DNA from: Phoronis australis
Taxonomy: Eukaryota; Animalia; Phoronida
Assembly (NCBI GenBank): GCA_002633005.1
Contig: NMRA01000568.1
Coordinates: 62,001-126,000 of the forward strand
Direction: 5' to 3'
Length of the DNA stretch: 64,000 nt
Made by a program: the position numbers and the translations under genes. The notes under the pieces were generated by a model that ran no database searches, was not told the origin of the DNA, and saw nothing but the letters and a program-made list of their open reading frames with translations. Position 1 is the first letter of the stretch. Every line of letters starts with the position of its first letter. This document shows positions 1 to 13,983 of the stretch, piece by piece.

Positions 1-2034
1 GTATCCTTCCCAGGGATATACTTAGCCACTCGCCCAGTCGCCAATGCGAGTAAAAATGGTGCTGGGCGAGTAGAAGTTGACTTGCCGGTCGCCCGGNNNN
101 NNNNNNNNNNNNNNNNNNNNNNNNNNNNNNNNNNNNNNNNNNNNNNNNNNNNNNNNNNNNNNNNNNNNNNNNNNNNNNNNNNNNNNNNNNNNNNNNNNNN
201 NNNNNNNNNNNNNNNNNNNNNNNNNNNNNNNNNNNNNNNNNNNNNNNNNNNNNNNNNNNNNNNNNNNNNNNNNNNNNNNNNNNNNNNNNNNNNNNNNNNN
301 NNNNNNNNNNNNNNNNNNNNNNNNNNNNNNNNNNNNNNNNNNNNNNNNNNNNNNNNNNNNNNNNNNNNNNNNNNNNNNNNNNNNNNNNNNNNNNNNNNNN
401 NNNNNNNNNNNNNNNNNNNNNNNNNNNNNNNNNNNNNNNNNNNNNNNNNNNNNNNNNNNNNNNNNNNNNNNNNNNNNNNNNNNNNNNNNNNNNNNNNNNN
501 NNNNNNNNNNNNNNNNNNNNNNNNNNNNNNNNNNNNNNNNNNNNNNNNNNNNNNNNNNNNNNNNNNNNNNNNNNNNNNNNNNNNNNNNNNNNNNNNNNNN
601 NNNNNNNNNNNNNNNNNNNNNNNNNNNNNNNNNNNNNNNNNNNNNNNNNNNNNNNNNNNNNNNNNNNNNNNNNNNNNNNNNNNNNNNNNNNNNNNNNNNN
701 NNNNNNNNNNNNNNNNNNNNNNNNNNNNNNNNNNNNNNNNNNNNNNNNNNNNNTAGCAATGCACCACAGTTTTGTAGCTAGTCTGTCATAGGTTACACAT
801 ACGTCACAGCGCGTAAATTTGATGAATCCTAGCTTCCGATTTCACCCGTTTCGGAGACCAGGTTTTAACTGCCGTAGGCTACAAAAAGAGTCCCCCTGGG
901 CGCTTATTAGAGCGAATACGGTAGCCCTAATAGATGGTGACATCAGTGCACGAAACGATGATTTTTATTTAAATTAGCAGCAAGTTTGTGGTGACTGACG
1001 CCAACGGCCGGGTGACCGAACTTCGGGCTTGGCGAGTAGATTTTCTGGCTCCGGCACTCGCCCAGCTGGCGAGCAGGGTTTTTCAAGACTAAAAGCCTGG
1101 GTAGGCCCTGACTTCCACACTTTTTCAAAAGAGGGAAAACTACTAAGGAATGGCTGAGGAGGGTAAAAGTCTAGTTGCCGTAAGTATTGGTATGTTTTTT
1201 GGAGATCGATTCAACATCAGACAACTTGATTTTTGGTAACGTTGATAAGTCTTTTGACCACAGCACCTTGCAGGACGATGCCATGTTTGTCAAGGCGCCT
1301 CGTTTTCGATCAACACGACAGCAGCGCCCCGCGTTCGTGAAAGAGGTGAATAGGGGTCACGCATTTTGAGAACCTCTTTGATACCCAAGCTGACGACGTG
1401 ATAACAAAATTAGCTATTCTTGTGGTTTGTCTTAGAATGTTAACCAGTAATGTACTTTACTTTATAGCGTGATGCGTGACGACCGTCGAAAGAGCACTTG
1501 ATACGCCATGTGCTTTCGAAGTAGCCGCGCCATATTTAAATTCATTATCCCTCCAGACGACGATCAGGGCTTCAGCGCCACCTACAGATCCCATATAATG
1601 GTGGCGGGAGTTTTCAACCTACTGATACAAACACCGTCAAGTTTCCATTGCTACGCGTTGGGATGTATTAATGCCTTAAAAAGGGGCTACCTTTTCAAAT
1701 ATCAATGGATGAACAAGAATATCATATTTCATACATTTCCCACTGAAATGAATCCAAGCCATAGCCAGTGGCTTCGGCTGTTAAAGCGCGAGAATTTCGA
1801 CCCCAGCCGGTGTCAAAAATTTAAAATAAATTAGTGGACTTTAAGTAGTCCAAACAATGTGAGAGGCTAAAAGTGGGATTTATTCCTCTGCTTTTAAATT
1901 AATGAGCCACTATCTAGTTATTGAATTTTTGTACACCAAATCTGAATCAAGTTCAAGCGGAAATAACTTTTGTGCTCTCATTACGCTAGAGGGCGCCGAT
2001 ATGAAAAGTCCCCTCTTCAAAAGTTACATTTTAG

Positions 2035-2215
2035 AGGGGGGAAGTGTGGCCTGGGATCTGTGTCCGCTCCCTTTACTCAAGATCGTGGGTTCGAGTACCA
2101 CTGGGGCACACTGCTATCCTCGAGTCAGGTCTCAGCTCCGTTTTAACTACGTATTGAAAAAGTATAAAATGGTTCCCGGTGATCAGTGCAATAGGCCGAC
2201 ATGAGTGGCCAACGC
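2035..2215 (+). mobile_element. Possible tRNA-derived SINE
   Basis: G-rich start, A-box-like GTGGCCTGGG and B-box-like GGTTCGAGTACC. Confidence 0.35.
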
Positions 2216-2298
2216 ACGTCTGATACAACGTGTACCAGACAGCCCGTAATTACTTTTTAAGTTACATTTCGTATTTATGGCAAGCTCATAACGGCTTA

Positions 2299-2435
2299 AT
2301 TGTATACGAGTTCAAAGGGCAAGTCTACAACGTTTTCGGTTACATTGTATACGAGTTCAAAGGGCAAGTCTACAACGTTTTCGGTTACATTGTATACGAG
2401 TTCAAAGAACAATTTACAACGTTTTTGTTACATTT
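2299..2435. repeat. 45-bp tandem repeat, about 3 copies
   Basis: ATTGTATACGAGTTCAAAGGGCAAGTCTACAACGTTTTCGGTTAC. Confidence 0.9.
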
Positions 2436-3029
2436 ACGCGAATGATCTATAAAACTCACCGTGTGATGGGGTGACGAAGGTGCATCTAATTTGCTTCTTT
2501 ATGCTAATTTCATTGAAAAAAAGGCAATGACAGACTCGAGATATTCATAATTTGAGTTAATTAAGCCTTTGATTGTTCGTTGAAATTGTGAGACGTAGGA
2601 CAGTTAGGCCACCTACGTCAATTCCCTGATGATGTATTTATACATATAGGGAAGGGAAATTCTAATTAATGTTGGCAAGTAGTCCAATTTGTGGTCTGAT
2701 GTTGAGTGAAAATAATATGAAAAACCTGTGTTGGTTTTGCCTTTAATGATGCCAACATGTAGTTTCACAGTTATCGAAATTAGCTTGAACCTATTAAAAG
2801 CATATTTCTTTACGTCCACGAACTCCCGTGTTTTACGAACCATGCCTTTTAGTATGAAACAGAATATGCAACGTGTTCATCAGGGGTGGGGTTCATATAG
2901 CTTCAAAAGTTATCCGCTGGATAAGTTTGATTGTTGCATGACATGAGGTGCATTGTTCAACAATAACAACGTGACGCGTGATAATGCGACGTCATTGTTG
3001 CTATACGACGTATAACTTTTTTGCAACTG

Positions 3030-3683
3030 GGCCCAGATATCTTTACGGTTTGATGGTAAAGATTTTGAATTTCTGTTGATGTCAAAGCATTTTTCTTTTA
3101 GTTTCAAATTTCAAAAAGAAAACGATCTGTCAGCTGTTCGTCACTGTGTTCATTTTTCTCCCGCGAGTCAAAGCACGTCTCTTTATTTGGTATGGCTAGA
3201 AGTATGGAAAATGTGACCTTTGATATTCGATGTGAATAAAACAATGTTGACTTTAAGCAGCAGCCCGAATAAGAAGCAACTGGTGTTTAAAAATTAGTTA
3301 TAAAGGTATCGTAGTATTCAAATATATTCTAAAATGCACTTGGAATTATCTTTGGGAAAGTTCTTACTTCACTGGCTTGCCCCATACTATGCTGTCCACC
3401 TCAGATTTGTAGTGCGAGCACACATGCGGTTAATATCCACCTCGTCCTTCAGCTGTTTCTCGAATGACTATGAGCGCATGCGCGCATTTATCATGAGTGG
3501 GAAGAAGATTACATACTCTATGGTGACTACTGACTTTTTCCTTCGCGCGTATTTCAAAAATCGTGATTTTTCGTGGAAATTCCCTCACAAAGGAAAGTGA
3601 ATGACTTTGTAGTAGACGTTGCAAGATGGCATTTTCCTTTAAAAGATATATTTGACGAGCTTTCGCGTTTCATGACTCTTTAA
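3030..3683. mobile_element. Kolobok-like TTAA MITE family, copy 1 (one end eroded)
   Basis: Ends TTTCGCGTTTCATGACTCT-TTAA; homologous to the copies at 8314, 27207, 35548 and 62540. Confidence 0.65.
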
Positions 3684-3727
3684 TGGTGGCAAACACTACA
3701 AAGTTTTAGAGATATCGAACTTTTTTA

Positions 3728-4266
3728 TTAAAGTAGCACAGAACGCGAAAAATAGACTAAATTACATTATTTAAGATGGTTAGCTGCCACTGAAACAGAA
3801 GTGAAACTGTTCACCAAGTATTTGTTCGTTAAGTGTTTTGATTTCTGTTGGTGTCGATGCATTTTTCCCTTTAGTTTCACATTTCAAAAAACAACCTGTT
3901 AACTGCTTGTCACACTGCAAAGCACATCTTCTAATTTAGGATGGTAAGACATCAACGTAACACATTTCCTTTATATGGAAAATTGTGACCTGTGACGTTT
4001 GATGTAAGAAAACAATGACGATTCGAAGCAACAACCAGTCCTGCTTCTTTGAGTGTATGAGGGCATGTGTGTTATTAGGGTCAGAGAATTTAAAAACTGC
4101 ATTGGAATGAAAAAACATGTTTCGTCTCTGTTTTAAAGATAGGGAATATAAGGATTTTTAAAAACATCAAAGTTATTAACTCTCACGTTAGCCCACCCAA
4201 GAGGTGATTTGCAATCATCTGTTTAAAAGCTATTTTTACGAGATTTCGCATTCCATGCCTTTTTAA
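3728..4266. mobile_element. Kolobok-like TTAA MITE family, copy 2
   Basis: TTAA at both ends; GAACGCGAAA / TTTCGCATTCCATGCC inverted termini. Confidence 0.65.
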
Positions 4267-5079
4267 ACTTTGCTAATAGGAGTTGTAATATCTAACTTAA
4301 ACTAATTGGATTATAATCTTGGAGTTCACAGAATATCACTTTCAAGTAATGTCCCTGTTGCGTACAGTAATATAGCTAAGTCAAACCGAATCACTTAAGT
4401 CAAAGGTTACTTATTCAAAGTAGCGTTTGTGTAAAATTCTATTTATTCAACTACATTTGATAAAAATGAATCCTTTTGCAAACACAGGAAGGTCTTTCAC
4501 TTCTACTTGATAGAATCATTTTGTCACAGCCAGTCATTATCATCGTAAGTCTTTTCTTTACATCAAAACTTCTAATTGAATTTACATGTATTACTACCGA
4601 TGGTTACTGAGTACCACGACAGGGACGTTGGGTATTCGGAGTATATAATGTTACTTAGCTATCTTATTTCTTGCGAAATTTTACTGAACAAACCAATGGA
4701 ATTTGGACCGTGAATCACACTCAAATAAGGTTACAAGAAAATAGTTAATTAATGTAGTTAAACAATGCTCCCTCGATAAATTATTAAGTCAAACATCAAA
4801 AGTAGAAAAACGCCTGTCGACCTAATTTATGAATTATATCTTTTATTTTGCAGAAACACTGTAATTTGTTTAATCATGTTTGACCTGGCGGATACCAAAT
4901 GCTTGAATAATTGAACTGTAATCTGTTTTGTATTGGCTCTAAAATAAACCCTAAGTGGCGGCAATTCATATGCTCTGAAATGCTGTGTCATACCCAGAGG
5001 ACATGAAATATTGAGTTACTTGCAAGTAGAATTTCAAACTAGAAGGATTATTGCCGCGGTGTGACAAAAACAGACTCTG

Positions 5080-6410
5080 CGCGTGTTGAAAAATGTAAGA
5101 GAAATAACATTTTGAAAAATAGATGTTCTTTGGACTAATTGACCCTATCCTGTGCATTATAAACCCTTTTAGTAGAATTACTGCAAAATCCCTAAAACGT
5201 GTGTTAAATGTTGCCTCTGTTGACACATCAAAATACATGTTGAATGAAAAAGTGAAATTTTCCGAAGAAACATGCAATTAATGACCCGCTGATTGCACCA
5301 AATGACCCGAAGCTTTGTAATTGGAACTTTAAAAGTGCATGTACACCTTACATGTGTAAATCTGAAGTGTCTAGCTCAAAATGTTAGGTTGCACTCAATA
5401 TCCTTTAACCTATTTTTGTGATTGGATGGCTGATAGCTTAGTGAAGCAGTGTGTATGATTAGCATGTAAGCTTACACCCGTGTGTTGAAAATTGAAGAGA
5501 ACAACCTGAAAAATGTAGGACAAATAACATTTTGAAAAATATATGACCTTTGGCCTAATGTTCCCTATCCGGTGCATTATAGGCCCGATTATTAGAATTA
5601 TTGCAAAGACCGTGAACAGTGTATCAAATGCTGAGAACTACAGTTGTCTAACTGTTGGCGCATCAGAATACGTGTTGAATGAAATGGTCAAAATGTCAGA
5701 GGAAAAATGCACCCAATGACCCCATAGTTGCACCAAATGACCTGGAACTTGCGTATTGTAACTCAATTGCATGTACCAAGCAGATTCATAAATTTGAAGT
5801 GTCTAGCCCGAAATCTTAGTTTGCACTTAATGACATTGACCTATTATTTTTGATGGCGTGATTGTTCAGTAAAGCAGTGTATGGTGCACATACGCTTACA
5901 CCTGTGAGGTGAAATTGAAAAGACTTCCTTAAAACTTGGAGGAGACATAAACTTTTGAAAGTTTGATGACCTTTGCACCATTTGACCCTATCCGGTGCAT
6001 TATAAGACGTTTTTGTAAAATTATTGAAAACTCCGTAAAAAGTGTGTTTAATGTTGAAAATTACAGTTGTCTCATTGTATACACATCAGAATACGTGTTG
6101 AATGAAAAGGTCAACATTTCGGAAGAAAAACTCACCCAATGACCCCATGGTAGCACCAAATGACCTGAAATCTTAGAATTGGAACTCAATTACATGTGCC
6201 AAGCAGATATGTGAATTTGAAGCGTCAAACTGTAGACACATCATGATACTTGGTGAATGAAAATGTTACAATTTCAGAGGAAAAATGCACCTAATGTCCC
6301 CATGAATGCGCATAATGACTTGAAAATTTGGATGTGGAACTCAATTACATGCACTAATCAGATATGTGAATTTGGAGTGTCTAGTTCACAATCAAAGTTT
6401 GCACCCCATG
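5080..6410. repeat. Diverged tandem repeat of about 420 bp, 3+ copies
   Basis: CCCTATCC(T/G)GTGCATTATA at about 5143, 5563 and 5986; GCACCAAATGACC recurs with the same period. Confidence 0.85.
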
Positions 6411-7462
6411 ACCCTTGGCTTGTTCTCTTTGTGAAAAGAAGTGAAATGCACCTGCTAATTTCTGGACGCCTAGTTCCTAGTCCCTGTGTGACATTTTTTG
6501 TTGATAATGTTAAAATGATTGCTTTTTGATTTGATGCTTGTTTGAAAGCGTGAAATACCAACACCTTTTGTTAATTCTAACTGTTATCCCTAACGTTTGT
6601 GGTCAAGTGTATGGGTCCTTGTACTCAACGTCTAGAAAAACACTGTTTGCGGTGCACTATTGGCAACTTTTCACCAAATGTAAAATAAGCACATGATGTG
6701 TGATAAACAGTTTTCATATAATGAATTGAAGCTTTTGAAATTGTTATATAACACCTGAAGCATATTTTTAAGATCAATCAGTTCAAAGATAAGGTTGAAT
6801 TCTACCTCAGCGGTGGCAATCCTATGCTTTTCAAGCTGTGCTAAGACCCAATGGGGAAGCAGAAGAGTGTGCATTTAATTGAAAAGTTTGCCGGTCTCGA
6901 TTTGAGCGACTAATTAGTAACCAACAGCGAAAATTGGCGATTTGCAATGAAATCACATCAGATTTCATTATTTTATAGCTCTGCTCAAATCTAATGTTTC
7001 AAGAAGTCTTTCTCGTCCAACAACATTCCCAAATTGCAATCTTCAGCAACAAAAATGAGTGTATCCCTTTAACTGCAGTAAAACGTTAAATAGATAATGA
7101 AAATGATAACAATAACAATAACAATAACAATAACAATATTAAGTTGATTGTCATTGTAACAATTAGTCCTACAATTGTATTACATTTCTTTTACTTTTTA
7201 AGTCGTTTTCACATTTTTAGTGCGTCCAGGAAAAATTTGAAAGATCTCAAATATCCAAACGGACTATTTAATATCATACATTTGAATGCAAAATTACCCG
7301 GAAAATTTGTTTCCTGGGCACTTAAAAGGTACATCTGATTTCTTGTAATAACCACTCGGATATTTTAAAACGAGAGGTATTGGAAAACAGATTTTTACAA
7401 ACACGTTTAACTGCTTTTAATCACATGTTAAACAGGTTTTTTCTTGAAACAAAAATTCATGA

Positions 7463-8025
7463 ATTAGTAGTAATCAAATCAAGTTAGTAGTAACTCAAAT
7501 CAAATTAGTAGGAACTCAAATCAAATTAGTAGGAACTCAAATCAATTTAGGAGAAACTCAAATCAAATTAGTAGTAAATCAAATTAGTAGGAACTCAAAT
7601 CAAATTAGTAGGAACTCAAATCAAATTAGTAGTAAATCAAATTAGTAGGAACTCAAATCAAATTAGTAGTAACTCAAATCAAATTAGTAGTAACTCAAAT
7701 CAAATTAGTAGTAACTCAAATCAAATTAATAGTAAATCAAATTAGTAGAAACTCAAATCAAATTAGTAGTAACACAAATCAAATTAGTAGTAACACAAAT
7801 CAAATTAGTAGTAAATCAAATTAGTAGGAACTAAAATCAAATTAGTAGTAACTCAAATCAAATTAGCAGTAACTCAAATCAAATTAGGAACTCAAAATCA
7901 AATTGGTAGGAACTCAAAATCAAATTAGTAGGAACTCAAATCAAATTAGTAGGAACTCAAATCAAATTAGTAGAAACTCAAATCAAATTAGTATTAACTC
8001 AAATCAAGTTAGTAGGAACTCAAAT
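7463..8025. repeat. 21-bp minisatellite (AACTCAAATCAAATTAGTAG[G/T])
   Basis: Direct inspection. Confidence 0.95.
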
Positions 8026-8313
8026 AAAATTTGTATGTTGGAGAATAGTTACGTCTTAAAATCGACATTAATACAATGCAAACACTTAGGAAGGGCAGAA
8101 TCTTACGAAATTGCTTTAGAAATCATGGTCTTTTTGTTAAGGAACACAAGAAAATAAAGAAGAAAAATATCTTAAAACGTTGGCAAGCAGTAAGCATTAG
8201 CGAAATATATTGAAATATTCTTGCGGAACGTATTACTGGCTACGTTGACAGAATGATGTATGTGTCCGTGGGTTTAATCAAGTCTATATTTCTTCGAAGA
8301 TAATGCTTAAACA

Positions 8314-8960
8314 TTAAAGAGGATCGCCAAAAATATCTTTTAAACAATTCCTAACGAAAGTACCATATCGCAACGTCTACTACGGAGTTATTCACTTTTT
8401 CCTGTGAGGGATTTTCCAGAAAAATCACAATTTTCGCGGTTTTTGAAATTCGCGCTAAGGAAAAGCTCTGTAGTCACTCCATAGATTCTAATACCCCCCT
8501 TTGATAAATGCGCGCATGCGCTCATAATCATTCGACAAACAACTGAATGACGAGATGAATATTTTAAACGGCAGATTAATATCATGTGTGATCGCACTCT
8601 GAATCTGGGGTCGAAAGCACACTATGAAGCAATCCAGTGAAGCAAGCAATTCAGAGTATATTTGAATACTACTATACCTTTATAACTAATTTTAAAGAGT
8701 TACACTTATTTCAATTGCTTCTGAATCCGACTGACTGCTACTGCTGCTTGAAGTCACCATTGTTTTGTTTACGCCAAATTCAAAGGTCACATATTCCATA
8801 TAAGGGAATTGTGCTACGTATATGTCTTGCCATACCAAATAAGGAGACGAGCTTTGCCTTGTGGAAGAAAAATCGAGTAAGTAACGAGCAGTTGACATAT
8901 CTTTTTTGAAATTTGAAAGTAAAAGAAAAATGCTTTGACATCAACTGAAATTCATTTTTT
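8314..8960. mobile_element. Kolobok-like MITE family, copy 3 (inverted)
   Basis: Reverse-complement homology to 3070-3680. Confidence 0.65.
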
Positions 8961-11900
8961 TTGCGAACAAACCGTAAAATACCTAGTGTAGTGGTGTTAT
9001 TTTTATTTTTAAATTTTATTTTCATTGACAATTACTTTCCAATATTGTGTATTAATTTAGATATTTTGTCTTTGTAGTTGTGTATAGGTTTAGTTTGGCC
9101 ATGCTTAGCTGTTATATCTATATGTATATAATTCTAACTTGACCCATTGTCTTACCGTGAAGAGGCTACCCAATTTAACTTAATACCACAAAGATAACAC
9201 TGGTGTTACACATCTCGTAATAGGGATAACTACAGGGCACGTTTTGTTGTAGCACTTCCTATAAAGTCCTCATTTGCAAAGTTCCCTTCAATACTTTAGA
9301 ACCCCATTAAAAACCTTTGAGTTGTATGGCCAGGGAATTACTTTATTCACAATGGTTTCAAAAATGTCTTTCAACCAGGGAAATAAATTAACGGCTGCGT
9401 ATCCGTGTCAAAAATAACAAGAACAATGGACACAATTCTATTTACGTTGATTTAATAAATTGCATTGGCAAGGAACAGGTTATAATAGGTTTCTGGCCCT
9501 TGTGGATTTTCACTAACTGTGCGAATAAAAATTGTTACTATTCAAGAATCTGCCTTTGACGTCTTCTAATGTTCCATATTTGTGGACACTTGGGGGCATG
9601 AAACACGTGTATGCGTTGAGGATAGGAAAGAAGATTTGTAAACCACTCCTGCGGATAATGCTAGGCTTGACTATTAAAATATATCGCACTGGGCTACCAA
9701 TTGTTTGATTTTCAACCAAACTCCTTGAAAACTTCAGTGCTTCAGAAGTTTCTTCTTAGGAACGCTATACGTTGCAAAGTTTCAGTGTTAATGATTGATT
9801 TATCCTTGGCGTTTTATGCCCATGTTGTATTTTAATTTTAAGGTCAACACAAGTATCACAAGCACAAGTAGCAAACAAAAACATTGCAATACGATTTCGG
9901 CAACGATTAGAAAGTTCAAGTTATTAGAGGATCAAATTTTAGGTATTCACTTTCTACGCATGGCCTTTCCATCACATGACAATAGGGACAGAAAATGTGA
10001 CGTCACGGTAATCAGGTAATCCATGATATTCCGCCATCCTGGTTCTAACTCTTACTAGTTCCCTATGGGAAAATTGACCTACCCCAAGCTCCGCCTCCTT
10101 GCGAAAAGTCACGTGATACTCGACAAACAAACAGAATGTCAGAGGCAAATACACAGTCGCTAAACGACGTTCCTGGTGGAAATGCCGAGCGTTTTTTTGC
10201 ACTTTCCGAAAACGCTTCGGTAAAGAAAACAGGCGAGTCGATAGCACTGTTTATACTTTTCTAATCTTCGAACGAAATATTTTGATTAAAAACTCAGGTT
10301 CGTAGCTCGGGCACATACTCATCTTATCCTGGGCAAGCAGTTAGCTCCAGTAAGTCTTGGACTGTGTCCAAAAGTCAAATTAACGCATGAAATTGGTCGT
10401 AATTCAGTGCACCATAACGACAACAAAAGTCTGCCGCAGTGGCAAAAAGTGGCCATTTACAAAAATAACTAAAATTGTTTTTTAAAGCTTCATAAATCCA
10501 AGTATGGTGTTTGAACAACTCCAAAACGAGTTCTCCTTAACTCTACAGGGAAAGAGTATACTAGATCTTTAACTCTACAGGCGAAGTGTATACTAGAGGT
10601 TCTCATCAAAAAGTTATTCAACTGTTTATTTCTTCTTAACAAAAGCTCGAACGAGGCTTTGAGTTCAGTAATCTAGGGCCCTTCCAGCCTACACGTGCAG
10701 ATCGAATCTATCAATTTTGGTGAGAAGTTCAGTTGAACGCCTGCCTACGGGTTTTTGAATAACAAAAATGTACTTTTTCTAAGAAACAGAACGATGTCCA
10801 TTATAGATAGAAATAAATGAAAAAACAATAAAAATGTCCTTAAAAACAAATTTCCAGGGACAACCGCTAGACTAATGCTAACATCCAGCAGGTGCCGAGA
10901 CAAAGGCCCCCACAAGAGTGAAACTCTGGAGTCAATTGTACAAACGGAGAAAAAATCCAACCTTCTTGGCGTAAGTGACCATTAACAATTTATGAATGTA
11001 TTGGGTACCTTGCTTTCATTCCAGAACATGTTACAGTGTAAGATCGCCGTCTGGATTTGTAACAACTTAGTCTGGAACAACGCAACACGGCTGCTGCTCA
11101 TAATGAAAGTGTATGTAAAAACCACTGTCACAATGGTGAATTATCAAATAGGCCTAATGAACCAGATTCATGGAATGAGGTAATCAGGGATGTGTTTCGT
11201 AGACACAAGGCACTTGCTAATAAAGCTACTGTGACCACGTTTCTTATCTTCCAATGCATGGCTATATCTCGAGAAGACTTGCGTGATCTAGCACTTTTGT
11301 GATCTTCTTGCGTCTATGGAACGTAGCCCAGGACGCCATGTACCGGGGATTTCCAAGAGAGTACTCGTTTATTTTACTGAAGTGAATTATGAAAAGAAGC
11401 GTCTGACTCTTTTCGAAACTTACATTGGTGCTCTCAGTCAGTCATGGGCTTTTAGGCACATAACTGTACATTTTGAGATGAGGATTTCACTGACAACACT
11501 TAGGTTCACATTTTTTCGTGCTGTTTCAACGAATCATTTTGAAGATAAAATTGGGAAAACATTGATAGCTTGCCCACACGAGGGCTTTCCTGAACCTTTT
11601 TCCGAGAGAGTTCCCGTTCTTTCTTTGTGTTGAGTTTTTAAGAAATACCGAGTATATTTAAGTTTCACTCACGAGCATGACTGGCGAGTGAAAAATATGT
11701 AGTTTTTGCGGTAATTAACAATTTCAAGCTGCGTCTCAGGTCGTCTCATTAAGATACATAGAACTCCAGCCTGTAAACTGTATTAAGTAAATGATTCAAG
11801 CCAATCAACCTTATGGGGCGGCAGTTCGCACAAACACGCTATATTGCGCATGCAACCCAACCGACAACTGACGTGGAAGCCTAGCTTAGAAGTAGTTTAA

Positions 11901-12807
11901 TTTCTCCATTAGAGGCTATTATCCATTATGAAACCAGGAGGTGCGTGTTATTTATCAAATCGTTTTGATCACCTCACGTTTTAGATGTTTGCTCTGACAC
12001 TTCTTGTTGAACGTACAGCTTCTGGTTTAACCTTTAGAAACAACCGTTCTTTATCGAACTACATTTGAAGCGGTAGAAATCCAGATCACTTTGACGACAA
12101 ATAGTTCAAAGAGAGCAGCGTTAGTGCATGTGTGTAGAATGTAATTGCATTAGACGACTCTACGGTAGTGTGTGTAGAATGCAAGTATGTAGAATCTAAT
12201 TGCATTAGACGACTCTACGGAAGCCTACCAAACACCAACAACACACAAACAACGAGTACCTATACATTTAGTCTTTTACAAACATGTACTGAATTATTTC
12301 CGCAAATTTGTAATTCAACATATCGTTTTATTTCTCTTGATTTAAGCTATGTAATTAGATAACATAAACATGTGTTTTATATTCTAATCGATGCACATAA
12401 TACATGAGATTGAGTCTAGGAAGGTGCGCTGGCGCACAGCTGTGCTTTCAAGCGCTTCTTCAATTTGTTGGCAGGTGTCAAGCTCCAGGTATTTTTCCCT
12501 CAGGAACGCACTGAATCCGTGGTAAAGAGGCAAAAACAACTTTTCTTAAAACTACAAACTGAAGAAATGATGAACTTCATCAGACAACAGTACCTAGTCA
12601 CACTAAGCAGTCCCAAATAGGGACACAACCAATTTCCTTAAATATGTCCATATTTGCATATTAGTGTTACTCTTTACGGACAAACACAATATTTTTCTAT
12701 ATTGTTATCTTATTTCGAGCTAATGAAATTAAAATTATAATAATTAAAAACTGAGACCTTAGTTCAATTATCTCCACATGTAACCACGGGATTTTCTTTT
12801 TAAAACA

Positions 12808-13133
12808 CACCTCCCTTACTCTGTATCTGAAATAGAGGGACTTCCACTGCCTCCTATCAAGCGGTAATTCTATCTATTGAACTCTCGCGAGGTTCTAAAT
12901 CTCGCAAATGCATGACGCGCTTGCCAATCGCTGACTAGCCTGTGGTTGGCCGACCCTAGCTTGAGATCATTTATTGATCAATGAATAAACCCAAACTGAA
13001 AGTCGGAGAGCGGCCAATCACATGGAAACTAGCGACTCACAAGCACGTCATGCAGTTGCGATATTTCGCGAAACTTCAGACAAATTTGATTACTGCCTCA
13101 AAGGAAGTCCTCTTAATACATAATTAGGAGGTG
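12808..13133. mobile_element. Foldback (palindromic) MITE downstream of the GAD stop codon
   Basis: Arms CACCTCC..GGACTTCC..TCGCAAATGCATGACGCGCTTG mirrored about the central ATTGATCAAT. Confidence 0.7.
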
Positions 13134-13809
13134 CTTGTGAGGTATGTTCTAAAAATTAATAAAAGCTTTCGTGCATTTAACAAGATGCAGCACTTTCAAA
13201 CGAAGAAAGCACATTACCACGTAGTATCGAGTATCAAAAGTAATGCCGATCGATGATTTCTGCTTTAGATAATTTCTTCTGCTTCTCCGTCTCTTAAGTT
13301 GTTTCTTTGCCGACCTGTTTTGAGCGCACCCCGGAAATGTCGAATTCCACAACACGGTGCCGGTGTTTGCTGGACAGATCTAAAAGGTGAGCCTATACTC
13401 GTGGACAATGTCTCGCCACCTGGTTCCCGATCTACGTACTATTGACTCAATGATATTTCGTTTCTCAACGGATCACAAATTTAGTTACTACAGTTACTGC
13501 CGCTAAGACAACGAGATGAACCAGACTGACATATCAGTTTGGCCTTTCACCCGTTTTACATGTTAGTTTATAACACCAGGATTTGTCCGAATTTACAGTC
13601 AGTGTGCCTGTAGATTCGTAGGGAAATCATTAACAGCGTGTGTGATAGAATAACATTCCTGTGAAAGTACTCATTTACAGTTCTTTTAACTGTTAGGTAG
13701 TCATTATGACGATTTCTTATTCATAGTTTACGTTGTTATCAGAATATAATCGGCCTGTATGGTATCTCAACGTCGTAATGCCAAAGTCGTAATATCAGCA
13801 TTATTCGCT

Positions 13810-13983
13810 TCACAATTCGTTTCCAATCCGCACAATCTCTTCTATGAGATAGTCGATGTCTTCTTTTTTTACCGCTGGGTTTGTAACTACCATCCGGAAG
13901 AAATTTGGCTTGTCTCCTATTGGTTGATAGCCAACCATTGTCCCTCCCTTTTCCATCATCATGGCTTTGATTTGAGGCGCCAC
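13810..13983 (-). CDS. GAD: GAD exon 13, terminal (VAPQIKAMM...IGNEL*)
   Basis: GTMVGYQP and NFFRMV motifs; TGA at 13812-13810. Confidence 0.95.
   Translation of the reverse strand: MAPQIKAMMMEKGGTMVGYQPIGDKPNFFRMVVTNPAVKKEDIDYLIEEIVRIGNEL

Noticed and set aside
22-781. Long ORFs at 22-781 and 22626-23561
   Set aside because: Artefacts of translating N gaps.
10750-11310. Coding-like stretch (...NEVIRDVFRRHKALANK...)
   Set aside because: No recognisable family motif or consistent splice structure; possibly decayed transposon sequence.
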